Source: Akkermansia muciniphila (GTDB lineage: Bacteria > Verrucomicrobiota > Verrucomicrobiia > Limisphaerales > BJHT01). Taken from it: a stretch of 64,000 bases of DNA. The position numbers were made by a program, and so were the translations under genes. The notes beneath the pieces are model-generated. The model did not search any database. It was not told where the DNA came from and saw nothing but the letters and a program-made list of their open reading frames with translations. Of the stretch, positions 16,636 through 26,457 are shown piece after piece; position 1 is the first letter of the stretch, and each line of letters opens with the position of its first letter. The stretch covers positions 7,935-71,934 of the forward strand of contig CAMAUZ010000029.1 in NCBI GenBank assembly GCA_945861535.1. The letters are read 5' to 3'.

Positions 16636-17136
16636 GTGCGGACGATTCTGGGGATTGATCCGTCGCTGCGCGGCACCGGGTATGGGGTGATCACGACGGG
16701 CCGGCCGCACGCGCGGGCGCTGGCGTTCGGGACGATTGTGTGTCCGGCGAAGTGGGAGCATTCGCGTTGTCTGTTGCAGATCGCGCAGACGTTGCGGGAC
16801 GTGTTAAAGGCGCATCCGCCGGAAGTCTGCGTGGTGGAGGGATTGTTTTACGCGCAGAATTTTCAGACGGCGCTGATCATGGGCGCGGCGCGCGGCGCGG
16901 CGTTGGTCGCGGTGGCGGAGGCGGGGCTGCCGGTGTTTGAGATGGCGCCGCGCAAGGTGAAGCTGGCGGTGGTGGGACACGGCGCGGCGCAGAAGCTCGC
17001 CGTGGCCAAGATGGTGCAACGGATGCTGGCGCTGGCGGAACTGCCGGAGCCGGACGCGGCGGACGCGCTGGCGCTCGCGCTGGCGTATGCGCAGGAGACG
17101 GGAAGGTACAGTTTGAATTCTCCCAAAAAGGTCTGA
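16636..17136 (+). CDS. ruvC: Crossover junction endodeoxyribonuclease RuvC
   Basis: 'ILGIDPSLRGTGYGVI', 'VVEGLFYAQNFQTALIMGAARG', 'PDAADALALALAY'. A GTG at 16636 gives the canonical length. An ATG at 16558 is an alternative start. Confidence 0.85.
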   Translation: MRTILGIDPSLRGTGYGVITTGRPHARALAFGTIVCPAKWEHSRCLLQIAQTLRDVLKAHPPEVCVVEGLFYAQNFQTALIMGAARGAALVAVAEAGLPVFEMAPRKVKLAVVGHGAAQKLAVAKMVQRMLALAELPEPDAADALALALAYAQETGRYSLNSPKKV

Positions 17137-17139
17137 AGT

Positions 17140-17346
17140 ATGAGTACGAGCATGAGCTTTGTCGGACTGTTTGTAATTCTCGGGGCGGTGATTCTGCTGG
17201 GCACGCTGGTCGTGGGCGGCGCGGTGATGTTGTTCAAACTGCTGCGGCGGCCGGCGAAACCGTCCGAGCCTGCGTCGCCGCCGCCGCCGCCCGCGCAGTC
17301 GGGTGCCGGGAACGCGGGGCAGCCGCCGCGACTGCCGGGCACGTGA
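17140..17346 (+). CDS. Small single-pass membrane protein with Pro-rich tail (hypothetical)
   Basis: Starts 3 nt after the ruvC stop. One clear TM helix, 'FVGLFVILGAVILLGTLVVGGAVMLF'. Confidence 0.35.
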   Translation: MSTSMSFVGLFVILGAVILLGTLVVGGAVMLFKLLRRPAKPSEPASPPPPPAQSGAGNAGQPPRLPGT

Positions 17347-17360
17347 CGGAAGCGGTTGGG

Positions 17361-17588
17361 GTGAAGCTCAAAGCCCAAAGCTCAAAGCTCAAGGGAAGGA
17401 CCAATCTCCAAGCTCCGGTGCCGCGCGGTGCTTGGTGGGTTTGGCGGGCGTGCTGTCAACCTGACCGGCCGCTGCAACCGCCGCACGGCACAGTTTCTCC
17501 CATCACCGTAAGCCGCCGCGGTGCTGAGCAGCTTGTTCCTTGGTTCTTCCCTTGAGCTTTGAGCTTTATCCTTTGAACTTCCGCCCCC
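17361..17588. repeat. Inverted pair of the AAGCTCAAAG purine-rich element
   Basis: 17361..17412 ('GAAGCTCAAAGCCCAAAGCTCAAAGCTCAAGGGAAGGAC') and its inverted copy at 17532..17588, separated by about 120 bp, between the ruvC operon and the peptidase gene. Confidence 0.75.
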
Positions 17589-17672
17589 TCGGCACCGACA
17601 ATCTCGGGAGGCGCCCGCCAAACGCACAGGCGGCGATTGACCACTCCGCGCCGCGTCCGCAATATCGCGCCA

Positions 17673-19805
17673 ATGTTTTCTCGATTCGCCGTTGGTTTCG
17701 CCATCGCTGTCGCCGTGGCGACGGCGGGTTGCCGGCATTCTTTCCCACCTGTGAATTATCCTCCGACCGCTCGTACCGACCACGTTGACACCTATCACGG
17801 CGTGGCCGTCGCCGACCCGTATCGCTGGCTGGAGGATGACAATTCGGGGGAGACCAAGGCGTGGGTGGCCGCGCAGAACCGCGTAACGTTCGGCTATCTG
17901 GAGAAGCTGCCGCAGCGGGCGGCGTTGCGGGAGCGCCTGGCGACGCTGTGGAACTACGAGCGCTACGGCGTGCCGTTCAAGCAGGGCGGGCGCTACTTTT
18001 TCACGAAGAACGACGGGTTGCAGAATCAGGCGGTGCTGTATGTGACGGAAGCTCTGGACGCCGTGCCGCGCGTGCTGCTGGACCCGAACAAATTGTCGAC
18101 CGATGGCACGGTGGCGTTGAGCGGGTACAGCATCAGCGAGGACGGAAATTTCATGGCGTATGGGTTGTCCGCCGCCGGTTCGGACTGGCAGGAATGGCAG
18201 GTGCGCGACGTGCGGACCAGCGCGGATCTGGCCGACAAGCTGAAGTGGATCAAGTTTTCCGGGGCGTCGTGGACGAAGGATGGCAAGGGCTTTTTCTACA
18301 GTCGTTACGATGAGCCGAGGACCGGCGAGACGTTGAAGGGGGCGAATTATTTTCAGAAGCTGTTTTTCCACCGGCTCGGGACCGCGCAGGCGGAGGATAC
18401 GCTGATTTATGAGCGTCCCGATCAGAAGGAATGGGGCTTCGGCGGGCAGGTGACGGACGACGGGCGGTATCTGGTGATCAATGTCTGGCAGGGGACGGAT
18501 CATCGGAACCGGGTTTTTTACCGGGACCTGCAGGCGCCTGACGCGAAGGTGGTGGAGCTACTGAACGACTTCGATGCGCATTACTCGGTGGTGGACAATG
18601 ACGGGACGACGTTCTGGTTTTCCACCGATCTGGATGCCCCACGCAGTCGCGTGATTGCCATCGACCTCGCGCGACCGGAGCGGGCGAACTGGCGCGAGGT
18701 CATCCCGCAGGCGGCCGAGACGCTCAAGGGCGTGAACCTGCTGCACGACCAGTTTGTCTGCACGTATCTCAAGGACGCGCGGAGTCAGGTGAAAATCTTC
18801 GCGCGCGACGGACGCCCGGTGCGCGAAGTGGAACTGCCGGGGATTGGTTCCGCCGGGGGCTTTGGCGGGCGGCGGACGGACACGGAGACTTTTTACTCGT
18901 TCACCAGTTTCAATGTGCCGGGCACGGTTTATCGCCACGACATGGTGAGCGGGCGCAGCACGGTTTTCCGCGAACCGCAGGTGGCCTTCAACCCGGCGGA
19001 CTACGAGACGAAGCTGGTCTTTTACGCGAGCAAGGACGGCACGCGCGTGCCGATGTTCCTCGCGCACAAACGCGGGCTGAAATTGGACGGGAACAATCCG
19101 ACGTATCTCTATGGCTACGGGGGCTTTAACATCAGTCTGACGCCCAGTTTTTCGATCTCGATGTTGACATGGATGGAGCAAGGTGGTTTGTACGCGCGTC
19201 CAAACCTCCGCGGCGGCGGGGAATACGGCGAGGACTGGCATCAGGCCGGGACGAAACTGAAAAAACAGAATGTGTTCGATGATTTTATTGCGGCGGCGGA
19301 ATGGCTTGTCGCCAATGGCTACACCCGGAGCGGCCGGCTGGCCATCGCGGGGGGAAGCAACGGGGGACTGCTGGTCGGTGCGTGCCTGGCCCAGCGACCG
19401 GAATTGTTTGGCGTGGCGCTCCCCGATGTCGGCGTCATGGACATGCTCCGGTTCCACAAATTTACCATCGGCTGGGCGTGGACCAGCGACTACGGCAGCG
19501 CGGAAAAGGCCGATGAATTCAAAGCCCTCCACGCCTACTCGCCCCTGCACAATCTCCGTCCCGGCGTCCGCTACCCCGCCACCCTCGTAACCACCGCTGA
19601 CCACGACGACCGGGTGGTGCCGGCGCACAGCTTCAAGTTCGCCGCCCGCCTGCAGGAGTGTCAGGCCAAGGTCGGTCCGCCGGTCCTGATTCGCATCGAA
19701 ACCAAAGCCGGTCACGGGGCGGGAAAGCCCACGGCGAAGCTGATCGATGAAGCGGCGGACAAGCTGGCATTTGTGCTGGCTGAGTTTGGGATGAAAAAAC
19801 CCTGA
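17673..19805 (+). CDS. Prolyl oligopeptidase (S9A family), lipoprotein-type signal
   Basis: 'GGSNGGLLVGA' catalytic Ser motif, 'TADHDDRVVPAHSFKF', 'GHGAGKP', an N-terminal beta-propeller region, and the lipobox-like 'VATAGC'. Confidence 0.9.
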   Translation: MFSRFAVGFAIAVAVATAGCRHSFPPVNYPPTARTDHVDTYHGVAVADPYRWLEDDNSGETKAWVAAQNRVTFGYLEKLPQRAALRERLATLWNYERYGVPFKQGGRYFFTKNDGLQNQAVLYVTEALDAVPRVLLDPNKLSTDGTVALSGYSISEDGNFMAYGLSAAGSDWQEWQVRDVRTSADLADKLKWIKFSGASWTKDGKGFFYSRYDEPRTGETLKGANYFQKLFFHRLGTAQAEDTLIYERPDQKEWGFGGQVTDDGRYLVINVWQGTDHRNRVFYRDLQAPDAKVVELLNDFDAHYSVVDNDGTTFWFSTDLDAPRSRVIAIDLARPERANWREVIPQAAETLKGVNLLHDQFVCTYLKDARSQVKIFARDGRPVREVELPGIGSAGGFGGRRTDTETFYSFTSFNVPGTVYRHDMVSGRSTVFREPQVAFNPADYETKLVFYASKDGTRVPMFLAHKRGLKLDGNNPTYLYGYGGFNISLTPSFSISMLTWMEQGGLYARPNLRGGGEYGEDWHQAGTKLKKQNVFDDFIAAAEWLVANGYTRSGRLAIAGGSNGGLLVGACLAQRPELFGVALPDVGVMDMLRFHKFTIGWAWTSDYGSAEKADEFKALHAYSPLHNLRPGVRYPATLVTTADHDDRVVPAHSFKFAARLQECQAKVGPPVLIRIETKAGHGAGKPTAKLIDEAADKLAFVLAEFGMKKP

Positions 19806-20258
19806 CATCAGTGGAGTGCTGGAAGGTACGGTTACCTGAAGGCCTTGGAATCGATGGTCGAAGGGGCGGGCACGGCTCTGGCATTCGCCCTTGGGTACGA
19901 GAGTTTGCGAGTTGCAGTGGGGATGATCGCCGGCTGCCGACGCGGCGCGGTTGGGGCCGACTGGCTGCCACGCAGTCATTGCAGGCAATGATGCGGGCCA
20001 TCGTCCGGGTGGCCGGGTGGCTGCCGAGCTTGCCGCCGTCGGCTGGCTGTGGATTGGCATCGCCAAAGCCGCCCGGGCGGCTTTGGTTGTGAAGGGTGGC
20101 GAACCCACGGGCACGAAGTGTGCCGATGAGATGCGCACAAGTGCGCAGGATTGGGGTGAAAACGGATGTCGGCGCGGCGCGGTCGTTTTCCACCCACCAA
20201 CAAGGTCGTATGAACAGCAATCGGTTGCGCTGATATAAAAGGCACGGTACTCTGGCCC

Positions 20259-22460
20259 ATGAATTCAAGCTTTTGTAGTCGTTTGGCGTTTGTTGGCTTG
20301 GTTGCGCTGACGGGCGCGAGTTGGGGCGCTTCTGAAGTCCGGGCAGAAGAAGGGGGCGGCGTGCCGGGTTTCACTTTTCGGGTTATCATCAATACGGACA
20401 AATCGCTGGTAGTTCAAACCACGACCAATTCGGTGGACTGGCAGGGGCTTTTCCAAGTGGCGTCACCCGGGGGAGGCTTTGCCGTTGTCGATCCCGCGAC
20501 GGAAACCAATTTCATGCAGTTCTTTCGCGCCGTAGATCCGGAGGTTCCGCCGTTCGTGATCAACTCGAGCTTCCCGGATTTGCAGGCGGCCAAATGGGGC
20601 TTCAATACCAGCCGTTTTGTGGACACGAGCGTCACCACCAACCATGTGCTGCGGTTCGGCTGGAACGCTGAGGAAACAGATCCGAACCAACCCGTGTGGG
20701 TGCAACGCTTCGAGAGCGACTGGGCGACACCGAACGGGGACCGCTTGATGGAGTGGTACCTGACCCATCGCAATACCAATGGTGAGTACGTGCGGCCCAT
20801 CATGGTGACGGTGTCGCGGCTGACCCAAGAGGTGCGCGGAAACCTGGCGGGCGAGTGGTCCTTTGTGAATCCCAAGGATCCGGGCAAGCAGGTGATGATT
20901 GTCCAAACCGATCCGATCCCCCGAGTTACCATCGGTCGTGCCCCGCGAACGAACCTGTTCGAAGTCTATAGCGAGACTACCGGCGAGACGATGTTCCTCG
21001 GCGGCGTTGCCCGAGGTATTCCCGATGTGGCTTCGCTGAATTTCTACGCTCAGAATGGTGCCAATGCGCCGACTTACGCGCGTTTGAGCCTGGGGGTGGT
21101 GAATGGCGCGGCTGGACTGGAGACGGGCAACCTGGGCTTCTGGACCCGCTTCAGCGGGGTCATGGCTGAACGCGCGCGATTGCTCTACAACGGCAACTTC
21201 GGCATCGGAAACACCGAACCGGCGTTCAAACTCGATGTCGATGGCGACGTGCGAATCCGTGGCTCCAGCGCGCTACGGTTCGGTGGAAATAATGGGGGGA
21301 CCGATACGGCGATCTTCCGGTCAGGATCCGGTTTGTTGACGCTCGATGCCAATGTAATCATGCCCGCCGGTAGATCGCTTTCGGTGGCATCCCTTGCAGT
21401 GGGATCCCTTGCGGTGGGATCCCTTGCGGTGGGATCGTCCGATGCCGGAGGCAGTGGACTGCGCTTCGATTCGGGTACCAATTTGTTGACGCTGAATGCC
21501 AACGTGATCGTGCCCGCCGGTCGATCTCTTTCAGTGGCATCCCTTGCAGTGGGATCCCTTGCAGTGGGATCCCTTGCGGTGGGATCGTCCGATGCCGGGG
21601 GCAGTGGACTGCGCTTCGATTCGGGAACCAATTTGTTGACGCTCGATGCCAACGTGATCGTGCCCACGGGCCGATACCTTTCGGTGGGCACCCCCGATGC
21701 TAGGGGCAGCGAAGTGCGCATCTATCGATCTGCGGATGATCTGGCAACCGTGGAAGGAGCTTTGGCGCTCCGGCGCAACAACACCACCAGCTTGGCACTG
21801 GGCGCGTTTACCGCCTCCGACTCGCAGTTTCGGCTGGCCATCATGGCAGATGGCGGGCTGTTTTTCGGCAGCGGCTTGAGCGCTCCGGATGTGTTTCTGG
21901 GGCGCTCGGGACCGCGGACGCTCGCGGTTGGCACCTCGGCGGCACCCGGAGATCTCAATGTCTTTGGGGCGGCCCAGGTGCGGGTGCGCAACACGACTAC
22001 GATGACGGCGGTGCCGGGCCGTTTCCATGTTGACGCCACCCTCACCAAGTCCACGAACACCACGGTCTCCACGTTGCGGAGCGTGTCCGTGCCCGGTGGC
22101 ACGTTTACGAAGACAGGCGATGCCTTGGAAATGCGCTGCAGCGGTTTTTTTGGCCCGTCCGGAGGTGCCAAGACTCTAAATCTGCATTACGGCAATTCGT
22201 TGGTCTTCACCACGGGTTCGCAGGCGTTTATCAATGCGTCTTGGGTGATTACCGCCGAGATCCTCCGCGCTGGCACGACTGCCCAAATCGTCAATGTGAC
22301 GTTCGCCTCGGACAGCTCCCTGTTGCGGTCCTCCGCAAACGTCACGGTCACCGCTGAGGATAACGCCGCCAGCAACCAGATCCGTTTCACTGCCAGCGGC
22401 GACGTGACGGGCGCGGTGAATCAGCGAACCTGCACGATCGACTGGAAGCCAGCCAATTAA
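20259..22460 (+). CDS. Secreted repeat protein with tail-fibre-like 'GNFGIGNTEPAFKLDVDGDVRI' motif
   Basis: Signal peptide. Internal 50-aa tandem repeats contain (SLAVG)x3. The motif resembles the 'GNVGIGT..P..KLDV.G' segments of phage tail-fibre-like surface proteins, from memory. Confidence 0.75.
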   Translation: MNSSFCSRLAFVGLVALTGASWGASEVRAEEGGGVPGFTFRVIINTDKSLVVQTTTNSVDWQGLFQVASPGGGFAVVDPATETNFMQFFRAVDPEVPPFVINSSFPDLQAAKWGFNTSRFVDTSVTTNHVLRFGWNAEETDPNQPVWVQRFESDWATPNGDRLMEWYLTHRNTNGEYVRPIMVTVSRLTQEVRGNLAGEWSFVNPKDPGKQVMIVQTDPIPRVTIGRAPRTNLFEVYSETTGETMFLGGVARGIPDVASLNFYAQNGANAPTYARLSLGVVNGAAGLETGNLGFWTRFSGVMAERARLLYNGNFGIGNTEPAFKLDVDGDVRIRGSSALRFGGNNGGTDTAIFRSGSGLLTLDANVIMPAGRSLSVASLAVGSLAVGSLAVGSSDAGGSGLRFDSGTNLLTLNANVIVPAGRSLSVASLAVGSLAVGSLAVGSSDAGGSGLRFDSGTNLLTLDANVIVPTGRYLSVGTPDARGSEVRIYRSADDLATVEGALALRRNNTTSLALGAFTASDSQFRLAIMADGGLFFGSGLSAPDVFLGRSGPRTLAVGTSAAPGDLNVFGAAQVRVRNTTTMTAVPGRFHVDATLTKSTNTTVSTLRSVSVPGGTFTKTGDALEMRCSGFFGPSGGAKTLNLHYGNSLVFTTGSQAFINASWVITAEILRAGTTAQIVNVTFASDSSLLRSSANVTVTAEDNAASNQIRFTASGDVTGAVNQRTCTIDWKPAN
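21275..21690 (+). repeat. 150-bp tandem repeat (about 2.7 copies) with nested 15-bp microrepeats, inside the CDS
   Basis: Copies start at 21333, 21483 and 21633 ('TTGTTGACGCT(C/G)(G/A)ATGCCAA...'). The nested repeat is 'GCATCCCTTGCAGTGGGATCCCTTGCGGTGGGATCCCTTGCGGTGGGA'. Confidence 0.85.
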
Positions 22461-22585
22461 TGGACGGCCAAACCGGTCCCCCCCACCCGCCTCCACGGAG
22501 TTGGTGGGCGCGAGATGCCGTAGGGTGTCAGTGGGTAAGCGGAGAGGGTTGGGAGGAAGATTAGGACAGGGAGTTTTTCAGCACC

Positions 22586-24499
22586 ATGTGCGGAATTGCC
22601 GGAGTGATTCGAAGTGCCACCGGGCCGATTGACGCCCGTTTTGCGCTCGCCCTCGAACACCGTGGTCCCGATGACCGCGGCTGGCTCGTGTATGACGACG
22701 GTCGCAGCATCGCCACCGGGCGCGATCCGCGTCCCGCCTTCGAGGGGCGCCTGCTTCTCTGGCACCAGCGGCTTTCGATCATTGATCTTTCACCGACTGG
22801 GGCGCAGCCCATGAGCTATGGGGATGGCCGCTGGCACATTGTTTTCAACGGCGAGATTTACAACTACCTCGAACTAAAGCAGGAGCTGGAGGCTGCGGGC
22901 TGCCGGTTCAAATCCACCAGCGATACCGAGGTTCTGCTGGCAGGCTACGCCACCTGGGGCAAGGCGATGCTGCGTCGTCTGACCGGGATGTTCGCGTTTG
23001 CGATCTTTGACCAGCAAACACGCAGGGTGTTCCTCGCCCGCGACCCGTTCGGGATCAAGCCGCTTTACTACACGCAGGTGCCGTCCGGGCTGGCCTTTGC
23101 CTCGGAAATCAAGGCGTTGGTGAAGTTGGACGGCGCGCTGCGGCGGGCGAATCCGCAACGGGTTTACGACTACCTCCAGACCGGCCTGGGCGAAGCCGGC
23201 AACGCGGAGACCTTTTACCGCGACATCCAGCAACTCCCAGGCGCGCACTGCGCGGAGATCGACTTGGACACCCCGGCCAAGCTCCGCTGCGAGCGGTATT
23301 GGCAGATTGACCCGGAACGCCGGACGCAGTGCTCGTTTGCAGAGGCCGTCGCACAAATTCGCAACCTCTTTTTGGAGAACATCCGGCTGCACCTGCGCAG
23401 CGATGTCACGGTGGGCAGCACCCTGTCGGGTGGCATCGACTCCTCCTCCGTGGTGTCGGCCGTCCGGCATTTGCACCCGGCGGAGGCCCTGCACACGTTC
23501 AGCCTCGTGGTGCCCGAGGCCGCGGTGAACGAGGAACCTTGGATCAACATCGTGGCCGAGGCCTGCCGCACCCAACAGCATAAGACTACCGCCACCGCGG
23601 AGGGGCTTTTCGCGGATATCGGGACGCTGATTTACACGCAGGACGAGCCTTTTGGCGGAACCTCGATGTACGGTGAGTACTGCATCCACCGGTTGATTCG
23701 GCAGGCCGGGCTTAAGGTCGTGTTGGTGGGGGACGGCGGGGACGAGATCTTCGCGGGGTATCAGGCGTTTTTGGGAGCCTATCTGGCGTCCCTGACCACG
23801 CGTGGCCGGTTGGTGTCGGCGGCGCGATTTGCCCGAGTGGCGGCGCGCTTTCCAGGCATGAATCTCCTGCGGGTGTGTGCGTATGCGACCGAGTGCAGTC
23901 TCAAACCAGACCAGCAACGAGGGTTGCGTGCCCTGCTGGGAAAGAGCTTCTTCCCGCCATGGATGAAGGCCGGGTGGTTCGAGGCGGCCGGGGTCGAACC
24001 CACGACCAAGTTTGTGTCAGGCGGGGAAAAACTGCGGGCGCTGCTGGTGAAAATGCTCACCGAATCCGCCCTGCCAGGCCATCTCCGCTGCCAGGATCGC
24101 AATTCGATGGCGCATTCCATTGAAAGTCGCCAGCCGTTCCTGACACCCAATCTCGTGGAATTCGTGCTATCGCTGCCGGAGGAGTTTTTCTTTTCGTCCG
24201 CCGGCGGCACCAAACACTTGCTGCGGGAAGCCATGCGCGGACTGCTGCCCGAGCCGATCCGGCAGCGGCGCGACAAGATCGGTTTTGCCACCAATGAAGC
24301 CACGCTCCTCCGGCAACACTCGGGATGGGTGGAGCAGGCCTTCCGATCCGACCGGTTCCACACCTTGCAGGCTTTGGCCCCGGATGTGGTCATGGCCCAG
24401 TGGAGCCGGGTGCGAGACGGGGCGGCACCCTACGACGGGCGGGTGTGGCGCTGGCTGAACTTGGTTCTGTGGGCGGATAGGTTCGATGTCACTTTTTGA
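22586..24499 (+). CDS. asnB: Asparagine synthase (glutamine-hydrolysing)-like amidotransferase
   Basis: 'MCGIAG' N-terminal nucleophile and the PP-loop 'LSGGIDSS'. It is the first gene of the polysaccharide cluster, a WbpS-like context. Confidence 0.85.
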   Translation: MCGIAGVIRSATGPIDARFALALEHRGPDDRGWLVYDDGRSIATGRDPRPAFEGRLLLWHQRLSIIDLSPTGAQPMSYGDGRWHIVFNGEIYNYLELKQELEAAGCRFKSTSDTEVLLAGYATWGKAMLRRLTGMFAFAIFDQQTRRVFLARDPFGIKPLYYTQVPSGLAFASEIKALVKLDGALRRANPQRVYDYLQTGLGEAGNAETFYRDIQQLPGAHCAEIDLDTPAKLRCERYWQIDPERRTQCSFAEAVAQIRNLFLENIRLHLRSDVTVGSTLSGGIDSSSVVSAVRHLHPAEALHTFSLVVPEAAVNEEPWINIVAEACRTQQHKTTATAEGLFADIGTLIYTQDEPFGGTSMYGEYCIHRLIRQAGLKVVLVGDGGDEIFAGYQAFLGAYLASLTTRGRLVSAARFARVAARFPGMNLLRVCAYATECSLKPDQQRGLRALLGKSFFPPWMKAGWFEAAGVEPTTKFVSGGEKLRALLVKMLTESALPGHLRCQDRNSMAHSIESRQPFLTPNLVEFVLSLPEEFFFSSAGGTKHLLREAMRGLLPEPIRQRRDKIGFATNEATLLRQHSGWVEQAFRSDRFHTLQALAPDVVMAQWSRVRDGAAPYDGRVWRWLNLVLWADRFDVTF

Positions 24500-24592
24500 C
24501 AAATCCGTTGCCGGGGATGGCGCTGGTGAGAAGCCCGGGGTAACCCGGTCGCTCGTGGGGTGGCCGGTTTGGGGGTGTGCGAGAGAGGTTTC

Positions 24593-25843
24593 ATGACAGC
24601 ACTGGACAAAGAACCCGGGGTGCCAAACCGCTCCCCCTCCGTGCCCGGAGAGCCGCCGTTGTGGCGTTCGAATCTCCATGTTTACTACTCGCCGATCCAA
24701 TTCGAGAATCGCATCGGCAAGATCACCAAGTCACTCGTCACGCAAAACATTGTCGGCCAGGTGTGGATTGTCGGCATCTGGGCCGAAGGGCTGGCGGTGG
24801 ATGAGCCGTTGGATGATCGACGCACCATTCATCGCATCCGGCTCCGCATACCCAAGGTCGCCGGCAACGGGGCGGCGCAATTGCTGCGCATGGCCGAATT
24901 CTCCTTCCGCACCTTCTGGTTTGCCTGGCGCCGCAAGGTTGACTTGGTCAACTGCCGGATGCTGTTCTTCCTCCCGGTGTGCGTCGCGCTCAAATACCTA
25001 CGGCGGACGACACTCGTATATGACGCCCATGAGATAGAGAGTGAGCAAGAAGGTTTTCAAGGTTGGCGAAAACGCCTGCTGCAGTTCGTGGAACGCCGGC
25101 TGGTGAAATGTGCCGACCTGATGATTATCGCGGGCCGATCCTATGCGGACTGGTATGAGCGGGAATACGGTCTTAGCAACGTGGGCGTGCTTAACAATGT
25201 TCCTCCCCGGGGCAATCCCGAACCCATTGTCCGCCAGCGGACACTCCGCGAACCATTCGGCATTGGGGAAGACGAACTCCTTTTTATCTACCAGGGGCTG
25301 CTCGTCGAAGAACGGGGCATACTGCTGTTATTGCGGGCTTTCGCAGCGTGCCCTGACAAGTCGCGCCACATCGTTTTCATGGGATTCGGTCCCTTGCAGG
25401 AGCTGGTCGAGGCCCATGCGCGCGAACATCGGAATATCCATTTCCACCCCGCGGTCCCGGCGGCGAAAATCAAGTCATATACCTGTAGTGCCGACGTGGG
25501 CTTTTCCGCTCCGCTCCACACCTCCCTGAACAACTACCTCTGCAATCCGAACAAGACCTACGAGTATCTGCTGGCGGGGGTGCCGATGATTGTTAGCAAT
25601 TTCCCCGAACTCACCAGGTTCGTGGCCGAGAACCAGTGCGGGTGGGTCGTGGAGCCGGAGGAACGCACCATTGCGGACTTGATTGCCCGGATTTCGCCAA
25701 CGGAGATTGCAGTACTTCGCCGTAACATCGCGGTCAGCCGTCTCCGGCATGGCTGGGAAAATGAAGAGGAAAACCTCGTGCGCTACTATCACGATCTGGC
25801 CCGCCGCCGCGGGCTGCAGCTACCAATCCAATCGCCCGCATGA
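24593..25843 (+). CDS. Glycosyltransferase (GT4/GT1 fold)
   Basis: C-terminal GT-B region, 'PNKTYEYLLAGVPMIVSNFPEL'. GAGAGG lies upstream of the ATG at 24593. The ORF-track start at 24560 is an alternative. Confidence 0.75.
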   Translation: MTALDKEPGVPNRSPSVPGEPPLWRSNLHVYYSPIQFENRIGKITKSLVTQNIVGQVWIVGIWAEGLAVDEPLDDRRTIHRIRLRIPKVAGNGAAQLLRMAEFSFRTFWFAWRRKVDLVNCRMLFFLPVCVALKYLRRTTLVYDAHEIESEQEGFQGWRKRLLQFVERRLVKCADLMIIAGRSYADWYEREYGLSNVGVLNNVPPRGNPEPIVRQRTLREPFGIGEDELLFIYQGLLVEERGILLLLRAFAACPDKSRHIVFMGFGPLQELVEAHAREHRNIHFHPAVPAAKIKSYTCSADVGFSAPLHTSLNNYLCNPNKTYEYLLAGVPMIVSNFPELTRFVAENQCGWVVEPEERTIADLIARISPTEIAVLRRNIAVSRLRHGWENEEENLVRYYHDLARRRGLQLPIQSPA

Positions 25844-26457
25844 TCGTAGTGATTGACTACGGAATGGGGAACATCGGGTCCATCCTCAACATCCTCCGCA
25901 AGGCCGATGGCCGCGCCGTCGCGTCCGCCGACCCGGCGGTGATTGCGCAGGCCGAGAAACTCATTTTGCCCGGCGTGGGAGCCTTTGATAACGCCGTAAC
26001 CCGCCTCCGGCAACTTGGAATCGTGGACCTGCTCACGCAGAAGGCCACCGTGGAAAAAGTGCCGGTACTTGGCATCTGCCTGGGGATGCAACTGCTCGGC
26101 CATGCCAGTGAGGAAGGCGTGGAAAAGGGACTGGGCTGGATCGACGCCGACACCCGCCGCTTCCAGTTCGATGCGCCGGAGACACGTCGGAAAATCCCTC
26201 ACATGGGCTGGAACATCTTGCGGCCGCGCTCCGCCACGGGTGCCTTTGCGGACTTGGATTCGGAGGAAACCCGGTTCTACTTCGTCCACTCCTTCCACGT
26301 AGTCTGTCACGATCCGGCGGATGTACTCGCCACCTCGCACTACGGCTTCGAGTTCACGGCGGCGGCGGGGCGTGGGAATATTGTCGGGGTTCAGTTCCAT
26401 CCCGAGAAGAGCCATCGGTTCGGCCTGCAATTGATGCGGAATTTTGTCCGACTGTGA
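25840..26457 (+). CDS. hisH: Imidazole glycerol phosphate synthase HisH-like glutamine amidotransferase (polysaccharide-cluster paralogue)
   Basis: 'LPGVGAF', 'GICLGMQLL' (Cys nucleophile), 'FHPEKS'. ATGA overlap with the upstream gene. Confidence 0.85.
   Translation: MIVVIDYGMGNIGSILNILRKADGRAVASADPAVIAQAEKLILPGVGAFDNAVTRLRQLGIVDLLTQKATVEKVPVLGICLGMQLLGHASEEGVEKGLGWIDADTRRFQFDAPETRRKIPHMGWNILRPRSATGAFADLDSEETRFYFVHSFHVVCHDPADVLATSHYGFEFTAAAGRGNIVGVQFHPEKSHRFGLQLMRNFVRL

Noticed and set aside
19806-20258. 450-bp gap with the perfect palindrome CCAAAGCCGCCCGGGCGGCTTTGG (about 20062..20087) and overlapping ORFs of 90-210 aa, considered as a pseudogene or transposase relic.
   Set aside because: None of the six-frame translations shows a recognisable motif. 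The evidence is insufficient to call anything beyond a hairpin.
21275-21690. Diversity-generating retroelement (template/variable repeat pair).
   Set aside because: Mismatches between copies are not adenine-specific, the repeats are adjacent in one CDS, and no reverse transcriptase gene is in the window.
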